Notes: generated from the letters alone by a model not told the origin. DNA of 33,061 nucleotides from Nanobdellota archaeon (GCA_018829485.1 JAHJTU010000086.1:1-33061); one strand, 5' to 3'. Numbered from the stretch's first letter, positions 1 through 8,282 are shown. Translations and numbers: made by a program.

Positions 1-183
1 TCTTCAATGTACATGTCTTTATTAGACAAAATTCCTTGTTGTATTGTTACAAGGGATTCAGATGTTCCTAGAATATTAAAAGTAACAAAAGAGAAAGTAG
101 AAGATTTTGAAAATAATTTAGTTAGGGTTTATCTTAAAATTCCTGATGACATTGGATATTATTCTGACGTAACTAATTCTTAG
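1..183 (+). CDS. 3' end of a CDS entering from upstream of the window (hypothetical protein, last 60 aa)
   Basis: Frame 1 is open from base 1 to TAG at 181-183 (...DKIPCCIVTRDSDVPRILKVTKEKVEDFENNLVRVYLKIPDDIGYYSDVTNS*). No recognisable motif. Confidence 0.35.
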   Translation, partial: SSMYMSLLDKIPCCIVTRDSDVPRILKVTKEKVEDFENNLVRVYLKIPDDIGYYSDVTNS

Positions 184-284
184 ACTAATTATTTAGATAA
201 ACAAAAGAAAAAAACCCACCCTTACTATCCTTTAAATATTTATATACCTTCGTATTTCAAAACACCTATTTTATTACGATTTTG

Positions 285-292
285 TTTATATA
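285..292 (+). promoter_or_regulatory. TATA box (TTTATATA) for the 317 gene
   Basis: TTTATATA lies 24 nt upstream of the ATG at 317 with no Shine-Dalgarno sequence. Same layout as other genes in the window. It overlaps the TTG at 296, which argues against that start. Confidence 0.4.
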
Positions 293-316
293 TCTTTGAA
301 ACATTTTATTTTTTTA

Positions 317-1378
317 ATGGAAAAAAACTTAGTTGATAGATTAAAAGAAGCAAGACAGGGTGATTTATTAGGTAGTAAGGAATTAAAAGCAATAGCAAAA
401 GTTGAGTCTGCAGTTCTTAGAGGATTTAGAAACTATTGTGAAAGTGAGGGCTTTGAAGAACTTATAGTTCCGCATATGACTGCTGCAACAGGTGCTTGTG
501 AGAATTTTTTAACTGTATTTCCTGTTGAGTATTTTGGAAAAACAGCTTATTTATCCCAAACAGGACAGTTGTATCTTGAAGCATTTGTTCCTAGCATGAG
601 AAAAGTATGTTGTGCAGGGTCAAGTTTTAGAAAAGAACCTGATGTAGATAATAGGCATTTAGTTGAATTTCCCTTACTTGAGATAGAAGAAGCAGATATT
701 ACTTTGGATGTACTAAAAGATAGAATTTCTGGAATAGTTAATTCAATGATAACAAGTGTAGGAGAGAGATGCGGTTCAGAATTAAGTTTGTTAGATATAG
801 ACAGCAAATGGCTTGGACATTTAACCCCACCATATAATTCAATAACTTATGGAAAAGCTATTGAAACCTTAAATAAATATGACTATGATTTGAAATGGGG
901 CAATGACTTGAAATCAAAACATGAACATAAACTTATAGAGATAAATGAAGGTATGCCTTTATTTGTTACACATTATCCGCAAGAGATAAAGTTTTTTAAT
1001 ATGAGGCAGAACAGAGACAATCCTTTAATTGTTAATAGCGCAGATTTTCTTTTTCCCTATGGTGGAGAAGCTGTTGGTGCTGCTGAACGTGAAGAAGATT
1101 ACTCTATTTTAGAAAAACGGTTGTATGAATCAAAGATGTTGGAATTAATGTGTGAAGCAATTAAACAAGAACCCGGAGAATTTGCAAATAAACCTATTAG
1201 AGAATTAAAAGAAGAAGGGATTAATAGATTTAGGTGGTACTTGGATTTGGTTAAACAATCTCCTGTAAGACATGCAGGTTGCGGAATTGGAATGAATAGA
1301 ATTGTTCAGGGAATTTTGAAGTGTCCAGATATAAGGGCTTCAACAATATATCCATTGAATAGAAAAACCCTAATGTAA
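317..1378 (+). CDS. Class II aminoacyl-tRNA-synthetase catalytic-core paralog (AsnRS/AspRS-like; archaeal AsnA-type asparagine synthetase candidate) without an anticodon-binding domain
   Basis: Class II motif 2-like SFRKEPDVDNRHLVEFPLLEIE and motif 3-like RHAGCGIGMNRIVQ, plus QTGQLYLE and GGEAVGAAEREED. The protein starts directly at the catalytic core with no N-terminal OB domain. Start moved from TTG 296 to ATG 317. Confidence 0.75.
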   Translation: MEKNLVDRLKEARQGDLLGSKELKAIAKVESAVLRGFRNYCESEGFEELIVPHMTAATGACENFLTVFPVEYFGKTAYLSQTGQLYLEAFVPSMRKVCCAGSSFRKEPDVDNRHLVEFPLLEIEEADITLDVLKDRISGIVNSMITSVGERCGSELSLLDIDSKWLGHLTPPYNSITYGKAIETLNKYDYDLKWGNDLKSKHEHKLIEINEGMPLFVTHYPQEIKFFNMRQNRDNPLIVNSADFLFPYGGEAVGAAEREEDYSILEKRLYESKMLELMCEAIKQEPGEFANKPIRELKEEGINRFRWYLDLVKQSPVRHAGCGIGMNRIVQGILKCPDIRASTIYPLNRKTLM

Positions 1379-1388
1379 TTACCATAAC

Positions 1389-1403
1389 TTTTTTTCTTTT
1401 TTT
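1389..1403 (+). terminator. Oligo-T tract downstream of the 317..1378 gene
   Basis: T7-C-T7 run begins 11 nt after the stop codon, the archaeal oligo(T) terminator pattern. Confidence 0.35.
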
Positions 1404-1407
1404 ATTT

Positions 1408-2067
1408 TTATTCCCTATAAATCTCTTCAAAGATGTTTTTGATGATTTTGGCTTTTTTATTTCCTATTTTTTCAACTTCTGCAAGTTCTTGCTCAGTTGC
1501 ATTTGCAATTGCTTTTACTGTTTTGAATTTCTTTAGTAATGCTTTTGCTAAAGATGGTCCTACACTTGGCAAACCTTCAAGAATTATTTGTTGTTGTTCT
1601 GCCATTGTGTAAGCTTTCTTTTTGAATTTTAATCCATTCTCTGTTTTTCCTTTTTCAATTCTTTTTTGCAATGAAACAATAAACTCTGCTGTTTCATCAT
1701 AATCACTAGTAAATACTACTGGAATTTCATAATCTAACATAATACTAAGAAGCATTCCTCTTATTGCATTGGGATTGAAATTATTATATTCTGTTTTATA
1801 CAAATCACCTTCTACAATTACTAATGCTTTCTTGAATTGCTTTAATTCTTCAATTTGCCTGAATAATCTTTTATTTACCATAGAATTAATAAAATCAGAA
1901 GCAGTCTTCCTTTCAATTGCAACTTCTCCAATAATATAATCTGCAATAGGCAGTCTTTGGAATTCTATTTTTCCTCCAAGATTTACTATTTCATGTGCAA
2001 CAAGGCTATTTTTCTCTCTTTTATCAACAAGTATTTTCATTTTCTTTTCCTGGTTTTGCTCTTCCAT
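1408..2067 (-). CDS. xpf: XPF/Hef-type ERCC4 structure-specific nuclease with C-terminal (HhH)2
   Basis: ERCC4 signature VDKRE...IADYIIGEVAIERKTASDF (GDXnERKX3D type). C-terminal helix-hairpin-helix LEGLPSVGPSLAKALLKKF...EKIGNKKAKII. Confidence 0.9.
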   Translation of the reverse strand: MEEQNQEKKMKILVDKREKNSLVAHEIVNLGGKIEFQRLPIADYIIGEVAIERKTASDFINSMVNKRLFRQIEELKQFKKALVIVEGDLYKTEYNNFNPNAIRGMLLSIMLDYEIPVVFTSDYDETAEFIVSLQKRIEKGKTENGLKFKKKAYTMAEQQQIILEGLPSVGPSLAKALLKKFKTVKAIANATEQELAEVEKIGNKKAKIIKNIFEEIYRE

Positions 2068-2087
2068 TTTATTGCTTTGTTTTAAAA

Positions 2088-2456
2088 TTATTGTTTTGTT
2101 TTAAAAAATAACCAATTCTTTTCTCTGAATTTTATTAATGCATATTTTCCTTTCAATTTATTGCCTTTAATTTCTATAAGAATTTTTTTTGGTGTTTTTT
2201 CAAGTAGTATGTAAGTTCCCTTATCCCATATTTTTACTGTTCCTTTTCCATAACCTTCTTTTATTTCTCCTTGAAATGATGCATATCCAAGAGAATGATC
2301 TGCAACTTGCACTGCCAATCTTTTTTCTCCTATTTTTACTGATGGTTTTTTTGGAACAGCCCAGCTCTTTAATTTATTTCCAAATTGCAATCTTAAATCA
2401 TAATGTGCTTTTTTAGACCTGTGAAATTGTATTACATATACTCTATTTTGCATCAT
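2088..2456 (-). CDS. LigD-type DNA 3'-phosphoesterase (PE) domain protein, stand-alone
   Basis: VYVIQFHRSKKAHYDLRLQF..LKSWAVPKKPS matches the LigD PE core (xQxHxAxxxHYDxRLE...SWAVPKGPS). Start placed at Met11 (2456), overlapping the upstream gene's end by 14 nt. Confidence 0.85.
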   Translation of the reverse strand: MMQNRVYVIQFHRSKKAHYDLRLQFGNKLKSWAVPKKPSVKIGEKRLAVQVADHSLGYASFQGEIKEGYGKGTVKIWDKGTYILLEKTPKKILIEIKGNKLKGKYALIKFREKNWLFFKTKQ

Positions 2457-3510
2457 TTTTATTTTTATGGTAATGTAATCTCGCATTTAATCTTTTTCTT
2501 TCTTTTGCTTCTTCAGACTCATTATCTTTCCATTTATATTCATAACATTTTATTGGTGATGGACCAATATAATTTAAAAATTTATTTGCATCGGATTTTT
2601 TTATGGCCAGTTCATATCTATAATTTACTTTACATATTCTTATTTGAATATTTAATTCTTTCTCAATAAGATTTTTCAAAAAATAAATATCTTTTTTATT
2701 AAAAGCATCTAAACAAAGTTTTATTTCTCTATAAAAATTCCCATCACAGAGATAACATTGGAGTAAGAGATCTCTATTTATTATGATCTCTTTTGGAATT
2801 CCTTTTTTTCCTCTTTTATACCATTTATCCCTAAATAACTCAAAAGTTTTATACCGCCTTGTTTGTAAAAAATGTTGATTATACCCTTTATTTTTACATC
2901 GTTCATCTTTAATCCATCTAGAATGTATTGGACTAGAAAGAATATTCATATGAGATAATCTTGTTAAAATATATACTAAATATTCTTTATGTTTACAGGC
3001 TTGAGATAATGATCTTGGTAATATATTATCTTTTCTTTTTGGGATAGAAGCATCTCCAAGAAGCAAACCATCTATAAAAGATATGGTTTCTTTATTTAAA
3101 TTAAATTCTTTTGGAGGGTACTTGAGATTTATTTGATATTTGGAATTTCTTATCTTTATCTTATATTTTTTTAAATATCTTTTAACTGTTCCACGATCAA
3201 TTTTTAATTCCTTAGAAATATCTTTTATTCCTTTTTTATTTTTTATATACTCTTTTAGTAAATATTGTTTTGTTAATAATTTAGTGTATTTATATTTTCC
3301 ACCCAAAGAAGAAATAGTTGCTTGCTCTTTATGAGATCTTAAAGGGATGTTGTAGAAATGTAAATAATATCTTATTGTATTCCAGTCTTTTTTAAACTTT
3401 TTTTGTAATTGTGAAATAGAACTCTTATTTTGAAAGTATTCTTTTTTAAGAAGTTCTTTAGTTAATTCGTTTTTGTATCTCAATAATTTTGGATTTCGAT
3501 TTTTATACAT
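2443..3510 (-). CDS. Free-standing double-motif LAGLIDADG endonuclease with two N-terminal HTH-like repeats
   Basis: LAGLIDADG motifs FIDGLLLGDASI and LLQCYLCDGNF about 100 aa apart. Two repeated N-terminal modules: LLKKEYFQNKSSISQLQKKFKKDWNTIRYYL and LLKEYIKNKKGIKDISKELKIDRGTVKRYL. Start set at MYKNRNPK (3510), 21 nt downstream of a TATA box. Confidence 0.8.
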   Translation of the reverse strand: MYKNRNPKLLRYKNELTKELLKKEYFQNKSSISQLQKKFKKDWNTIRYYLHFYNIPLRSHKEQATISSLGGKYKYTKLLTKQYLLKEYIKNKKGIKDISKELKIDRGTVKRYLKKYKIKIRNSKYQINLKYPPKEFNLNKETISFIDGLLLGDASIPKRKDNILPRSLSQACKHKEYLVYILTRLSHMNILSSPIHSRWIKDERCKNKGYNQHFLQTRRYKTFELFRDKWYKRGKKGIPKEIIINRDLLLQCYLCDGNFYREIKLCLDAFNKKDIYFLKNLIEKELNIQIRICKVNYRYELAIKKSDANKFLNYIGPSPIKCYEYKWKDNESEEAKERKRLNARLHYHKNKNDAK

Positions 3511-3531
3511 AATATAACAAAGAAAATAGAA

Positions 3532-3539
3532 TATATAAA
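3532..3539 (-). promoter_or_regulatory. TATA box (TTTATATA on the minus strand) for the LAGLIDADG/PE/XPF operon
   Basis: Exactly 21 nt upstream of the ATG at 3510. Confidence 0.4.
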
Positions 3540-3714
3540 TATTTATATCCTGCATGTATTAACATTGCATGATGTTCATGAATTACATATTTTGCCATTT
3601 TCTTTTTATTAGTGTCTCTTTAATAAAGTTTCAATAATTAAAAATGTAACTATGGTTATGAAAGTTAATATTCACAACACAAATCTACCTTAAGTAAAGG
3701 AAAAAATAGGAAAA

Positions 3715-3722
3715 TTTATATA
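3715..3722 (+). promoter_or_regulatory. TATA box (TTTATATA) preceded by an A-rich BRE-like tract
   Basis: AAAATTTATATA lies exactly 21 nt upstream of the ATG at 3744, predicting a leaderless transcript that starts at the small ORF. Confidence 0.45.
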
Positions 3723-3743
3723 CTTAAAAAGATTAAAAGATAA

Positions 3744-3854
3744 ATGGAAAAATACAAAATTTCGAAAAGGATATCTGAAAAAGACTTAGAAAAAGCACTT
3801 AGTTTTTTAGAAAAAAAAAGAAAATTTCATACCCGGCGCACCTTATTAATTTGA
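3744..3854 (+). CDS. Small 36-aa basic ORF upstream of the radical SAM gene (hypothetical)
   Basis: MEKYKISKRISEKDLEKALSFLEKKRKFHTRRTLLI*. It is below the ORF-track size cutoff, has a consensus promoter at leaderless spacing, and ends 20 nt before the 3875 ATG. No Cys and no homology recognised. Confidence 0.35.
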   Translation: MEKYKISKRISEKDLEKALSFLEKKRKFHTRRTLLI

Positions 3855-3874
3855 TGCTTTTTATTCCTTTATAA

Positions 3875-5569
3875 ATGGGAAAAATTAAATTTAGACCAAT
3901 CCATGTTATTTGGCATATCACTAACTCTTGTTTTTTTAATTGCAAATATTGTTTTACTAATTCTTATCCAAACTACAATTCCCCACCAAAGAAATCACAT
4001 TTACAAACCATTGTAAAGAGGATAAATGAAAATAAGAGTATAAAAAATCTTTCAATAATTGGTGGAGAGCCACTTTTAATTAATGAGCTCCCAGAAGTAA
4101 TCGAAAATTTAAGGAAGGACATATCTGTTAATATTGATTCTACTTTAATTGGAATTAAAGATAAATATGTTGATTCTTTTAAAAGGGTTTTATTCTCAAC
4201 AACTATTGATAGTATTGATGAATATATAAATACCAAAACAAGACCCAATCATTCATCAAAAGAAACAATAAAGAATATTGAATTTTTATTAAATAAAGGA
4301 ATAAGAGTACAGGTAGTTATAGTTGTGACAAAAAATAATGTAAAAACTATTGAAAAAACCGCAAGATTTTTATTGAATTTAGGTGTTGAAAGAATTTCGA
4401 TTAATCAAATCAGAATGGTTGGAAGAGCTCTCGATTTTGATTATGAATATTTTTATGATAATTCCAAAGAGATTAAAAATGATATTGCAACCCTGTTAAA
4501 AAGATTAATAAAAGAGTATAAAAAGTCTCGGGTTTTAGCAAATAATTGGTATTGTGATGAGATTTTTGATATTGGTTATGAACTTCCACCAACTTGTTCA
4601 TGCGCTCTTTTTAAAGTGTGTATTGATTGGAATGGTTATCTCTATCCTTGTGAATTGATGCCTTTCTACTGGAGAGAATTTGAAAAAGTATACAGGTTTA
4701 AGAGAATTAATTTAAAAAAAAGTTCTATTTCAGATATTTTTAATCACTCTTCACTTTTCAATTTTTTTAGAGAAAAAATCTTAATTTACCCTCCAACATG
4801 CAGTAAATGTGATTATAAGAAAAAATGCAATCATGGTTGTAGATTTTATTCCTTCTTGTTCTCTACAAATCTTTTATCTCAAGATCCTTTATGTAAAAAA
4901 TTTATTTCTCTTTACGATGTAATAGGATATCAAAATTATTCTCCATTCTCAAAACAAGGAATTAAAAGACTAAAAGGGGGGGTTGCAGATTATTTGAAAA
5001 AAAACAGTAAGATTCTTGGTAAAAATATATATGATATTGGTTGTGGTGGCGGGGTTTGGACATTTTATTTAGAAGATTTGGGTAAAAAATTAATAGGAAT
5101 TGATAATAATCAGATTATGATTCTAATAGCGCAAGATTATAAAAAATTACACCATAAGAAATCAGAATTTATTTTCTCAGACATATTAAATGTAAATTAT
5201 CAGAAATCAGATACTATTTTAATGTTGGACAATCTTGTTTTAATGTTTTCGAAAAAAGACCTAACTAATATTCTAGAAAAAATCAAGAATAAAACTAAAA
5301 GATTAATATTAGAACTTAATAAAAACAAATTAAAAGAAGGTGTGCAAGAATACACTTTTAATTCTTTCGACATAAGAGAGATTGTTTTAAGGAAGAATAA
5401 AAATATCTGTGAGAGAATCTTTCTGAACAAACAAACGGGCGCAGAATTCAAATTAAAAAATTATGATTGGACTAAAAGAGATCTAATTAATTTCCTAAAA
5501 AAACAAGGAGATGTCTTTGAAGATGAATCCAATAATTCTTATTTAATAAGATTGGATTTTCATCACTAA
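3875..5569 (+). CDS. Radical SAM / SPASM-domain protein fused to a C-terminal class I SAM-dependent methyltransferase
   Basis: CX3CX2C cluster (NSCFFNCKYC). SPASM-like Cys motifs CSCALFKVCIDWNGYLYPC and CSKCDYKKKCNHGC (CX2CX5CX3C). Methyltransferase motif I at IYDIGCGGGVW. Confidence 0.85.
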   Translation: MGKIKFRPIHVIWHITNSCFFNCKYCFTNSYPNYNSPPKKSHLQTIVKRINENKSIKNLSIIGGEPLLINELPEVIENLRKDISVNIDSTLIGIKDKYVDSFKRVLFSTTIDSIDEYINTKTRPNHSSKETIKNIEFLLNKGIRVQVVIVVTKNNVKTIEKTARFLLNLGVERISINQIRMVGRALDFDYEYFYDNSKEIKNDIATLLKRLIKEYKKSRVLANNWYCDEIFDIGYELPPTCSCALFKVCIDWNGYLYPCELMPFYWREFEKVYRFKRINLKKSSISDIFNHSSLFNFFREKILIYPPTCSKCDYKKKCNHGCRFYSFLFSTNLLSQDPLCKKFISLYDVIGYQNYSPFSKQGIKRLKGGVADYLKKNSKILGKNIYDIGCGGGVWTFYLEDLGKKLIGIDNNQIMILIAQDYKKLHHKKSEFIFSDILNVNYQKSDTILMLDNLVLMFSKKDLTNILEKIKNKTKRLILELNKNKLKEGVQEYTFNSFDIREIVLRKNKNICERIFLNKQTGAEFKLKNYDWTKRDLINFLKKQGDVFEDESNNSYLIRLDFHH

Positions 5570-5594
5570 TAAAAAGATTAAACTAATTATTAAG

Positions 5595-5600
5595 TTTTTT
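5595..5600 (+). terminator. Oligo-T tract after the radical SAM gene
   Basis: T6 run 25 nt after the stop codon, in a convergent intergenic region. Confidence 0.25.
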
Positions 5601-5615
5601 ATCATTTCTCGTCTA

Positions 5616-7160
5616 TCATATTTCAAAATCATTAAGGTCTTTCTGCTTTTTATTCTTTTTTGCAAACTCTTCTTTTAATCCTTGCAAAATTCCATGCATT
5701 TTCTTTTCTTTGTGTCTTGCAGCATAGTAATAACTTTCATCTCTTGTTTTTACAGTTATTAATAAAATTAATTTTCCTGGTTTTAATCTTGCAGTTCTTC
5801 CTGCTCTTTGTATTTTTCTTATTACACTTGGAATTGATTCATAAAAAATCACAATATTAACTTCTGGTATATCTAATCCTTCTTCTCCTATTGATGTTGC
5901 TACAAGACAATTAATTTTTCCTTCTGAAAATTCTTTAATAATTTCCTGCTGTTCCTTTTGCTTCATTCCTTTATCTCCTCTTTGCCCAATAAAAATCTTG
6001 GATTTGATTTTTAATTTTCTTAATTCTTCATTTATTTTATCTACTGTATATCTATATTGAGCAAAAATCAATATTTTTTGAGTTGATTTTCTTAATTCTT
6101 TTTTTACAATTTCCAAAAGCTTCTTTAATTTTGGATGTTCTTCGTCATCAGAAAGATTTTTTATTTTAGCAAGAGCAAGCTGAAAATCTACATTTTTGAA
6201 AAGATTTTTTACTGCTTTTGTTTTTCCTGCTCTTTCATCAGCTTCTAATCCTTTAATATAACTTTTTAATGAGTGTATTGTTTGAGTTTCAAGTAATTCA
6301 ATTGCATGCTGTACTTTAAGAACCTCAGAAACAAGTGAAACACCTTTTAAGACATGAAAATGCTTGTTCCCAGAAAAAGATGCTCTCATAAGTTTTTGTT
6401 GAAGTTCAATAAATGTTCTTTTATTTATAACTTTTGTATACAATAATCCCCTGTTTCTTAATTCTTCAATTCTTTTTTCCAAAACTTTATGCAAATGTAT
6501 TCTTATATCTTTAAATTTCTCAGGCAATTCAACTTTTATTTGCTCTGTTTTTAATTCTTTGACATACTGTTTTACATCTTCACTTTCTCTTGTTCTTACT
6601 TCAACTTCCTGTATTCCCAAATTACTGCAAATTTGATTTATTCTAATAATATCACTTCCAGGAGATGCTGTTAATCCAAGAATTAAAGGATTTTTTGACT
6701 GTTCTTTGTAAATTTTTGCAACATAATTATAATCATAATTTTTTATACATCTGTGCGCTTCATCTTCTATAAGCAAGGAAAAATTTTCCAAATTCATTTT
6801 TCCATTTCTTAAATCATTTGCAACACATTGGGGTGTTGAAAATATAATTGTGGCAGAATTCCATATTAAATATCTGTTTTTAGGATTTATTTCTCCTGTA
6901 ACAAGTGTAAAATCATCTTCATCTAAACCTTCTATGTGTTTTTTGAATGTATTATAATGCTGGTTAGCTAATGGTTTTGTTGGAGCAAGTAAAAGTATTT
7001 GGGAACCCCTAATTTTATTTAATCTATCAATTGCAACAAGTATTGATATTGCTGTTTTTCCTAAACCAGTTGGCAGAACAACAAGAGTAAATTTATTTTT
7101 TGCATTATTTGCTATAATTTCTTGATATTCCCTTGGTATTAATCCCCTTATTTTTAGCAT
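5616..7160 (-). CDS. hef: Hef/FANCM-type SF2 helicase (helicase portion only)
   Basis: REYQEIIA...LVVLPTGLGKT (Walker A), IEDEAH (DEAH box), LGLTASPG (motif III), QRAGRTAR (motif VI). No nuclease domain at the C terminus. Confidence 0.9.
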   Translation of the reverse strand: MLKIRGLIPREYQEIIANNAKNKFTLVVLPTGLGKTAISILVAIDRLNKIRGSQILLLAPTKPLANQHYNTFKKHIEGLDEDDFTLVTGEINPKNRYLIWNSATIIFSTPQCVANDLRNGKMNLENFSLLIEDEAHRCIKNYDYNYVAKIYKEQSKNPLILGLTASPGSDIIRINQICSNLGIQEVEVRTRESEDVKQYVKELKTEQIKVELPEKFKDIRIHLHKVLEKRIEELRNRGLLYTKVINKRTFIELQQKLMRASFSGNKHFHVLKGVSLVSEVLKVQHAIELLETQTIHSLKSYIKGLEADERAGKTKAVKNLFKNVDFQLALAKIKNLSDDEEHPKLKKLLEIVKKELRKSTQKILIFAQYRYTVDKINEELRKLKIKSKIFIGQRGDKGMKQKEQQEIIKEFSEGKINCLVATSIGEEGLDIPEVNIVIFYESIPSVIRKIQRAGRTARLKPGKLILLITVKTRDESYYYAARHKEKKMHGILQGLKEEFAKKNKKQKDLNDFEI

Positions 7161-7203
7161 CTTTTATATTGTATTTGAAAGTTTTTATTTGTTTTTATAA
7201 AAA

Positions 7204-7211
7204 TTTATAAG
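7204..7211 (+). promoter_or_regulatory. TATA box (TTTATAAG)
   Basis: AAAAATTTATAAG lies exactly 21 nt upstream of the ATG at 7233. Confidence 0.4.
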
Positions 7212-7232
7212 TTTTTCTTACCTTTATTTAAC

Positions 7233-7508
7233 ATGATAAAGCTCTTTGGATTCCTTGATTTTGTATCTGCTATTTTACTTCTACTTGTATTTCTCAAAGC
7301 ACTTGATCCAATTTGGCTTATTTTTCCAGCTGGTTATCTATTGATTAAAGGATGGGTATTTTTAATGATAAGCAAGGATATTGCAAGTATAATTGATTTT
7401 GTTTTGGGATTGCTTTTGTTTGTGTTTATTTTTGTAGAAATGCCAGTAATAATTTTTGTTGTTTTATTAATATGGTTAATACAAAAAGCTGCTTTTTCTT
7501 TCTTCTAA
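7233..7508 (+). CDS. Small integral membrane protein (about 3 TM), hypothetical
   Basis: 91 aa, almost entirely hydrophobic helices, with a consensus promoter. Confidence 0.6.
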   Translation: MIKLFGFLDFVSAILLLLVFLKALDPIWLIFPAGYLLIKGWVFLMISKDIASIIDFVLGLLLFVFIFVEMPVIIFVVLLIWLIQKAAFSFF

Positions 7509-7535
7509 TTCTTTTTTTGATATTGCTTCTGGCTT

Positions 7536-8282
7536 TTATTTAGCTGCAATTGGCTTTATTGGAGTTCTTGGCGGTAGTTCCTCTCTTAGAAACCACAAAC
7601 CAACAATAGATGCAAGAATAAGTGCAAGAATTAGTGAGATAAATACATTTAGATAATACATCATAATCAGCATTGCAATTGTGAAGATAAATATTGAAGT
7701 CCATCTTATTTTTCCACCAAATAATATCTTTGTTCCATCTAAGTTTCCCAATGGCAACAAGCAGAAAAATGCAAACCACATATTAAGTATTGCAAATTCT
7801 TTTATTAATTGTAGGTTCCATATTGAAAAGACAATTGAAGCAATAAATGCAAATACAATATTGACTAATGGTCCTGCTAATGCAATATTTGAAATCTCAT
7901 GTTCCTGCAATTCAGTATACCACCTTCCTATTCTTTTTTCTGGTTTCCATTTAATTTCACATGTTTCTATTGTTAAAATTATGAACTTGCCAAAACTTAC
8001 AAATGCTGTAAATATTGGAAGAACAAGCCATATTGGAAAAGGATATTTAAATACAGCACCTTCATTAAACCAATATCTTTGCATTTCAAGAAACTTGAAT
8101 TTTGATTCAGCAATATAATTCTCTGCTGCAATTTTATGAGCAATAATGTGTGGTATAAGGATTATTGAGGCAATTATAAAGGCAATTAAGAAGTTAAAAA
8201 AAGTGAATTCTGAGAAAGCTATTATGTAAGATATGAGGAGTACTGCAAATAATACCTGATATACCTCTTTTTCTTCAAACAT
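7536..8282 (-). CDS. Site-2-protease (M50)-like membrane protein with a degenerate HExxH
   Basis: Polytopic. Second M50 motif is present (FCLLPLGNLDGTKILFG), but the first reads PHIIAHKIAAE, so HExxH is HIIAH and the Glu is missing. Confidence 0.7.
   Translation of the reverse strand: MFEEKEVYQVLFAVLLISYIIAFSEFTFFNFLIAFIIASIILIPHIIAHKIAAENYIAESKFKFLEMQRYWFNEGAVFKYPFPIWLVLPIFTAFVSFGKFIILTIETCEIKWKPEKRIGRWYTELQEHEISNIALAGPLVNIVFAFIASIVFSIWNLQLIKEFAILNMWFAFFCLLPLGNLDGTKILFGGKIRWTSIFIFTIAMLIMMYYLNVFISLILALILASIVGLWFLREELPPRTPIKPIAAK

Noticed and set aside
547-807. Antisense ORF (86 aa) inside the AsnRS-like gene. The same applies to many other track ORFs: 2189-2416, 2403-2669, 3140-3334, 3973-4248, 5200-5451, 5660-5860, 13936-14157, 19290-19472, 23840-24040, 24773-25030, 24978-25238, 26568-26753, 27884-28105, 29148-29408, 30232-30498 and 32541-32753.
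   Set aside because: All lie wholly within, and opposite or out of frame to, long ORFs with clear family motifs. Their products are low-complexity, Leu/Phe/Ile/Ser-rich shadows typical of AT-rich DNA.
2443-3555. LAGLIDADG protein as an intein or as an intron-encoded ORF.
   Set aside because: There is no host extein reading frame on either side and no Hint splicing motifs (N-terminal Cys/Ser, C-terminal His-Asn). No rRNA or tRNA gene surrounds it. It has its own promoter, so it is free-standing. The track start at 3555 was also rejected in favour of ATG 3510 because the extension runs across the TATA box.
7540-8118. Two overlapping ORFs (7540-7779 minus, 7681-8118 plus) within the M50-like gene.
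   Set aside because: They are shadow frames of the 248-aa membrane protein, with no motifs or promoters.
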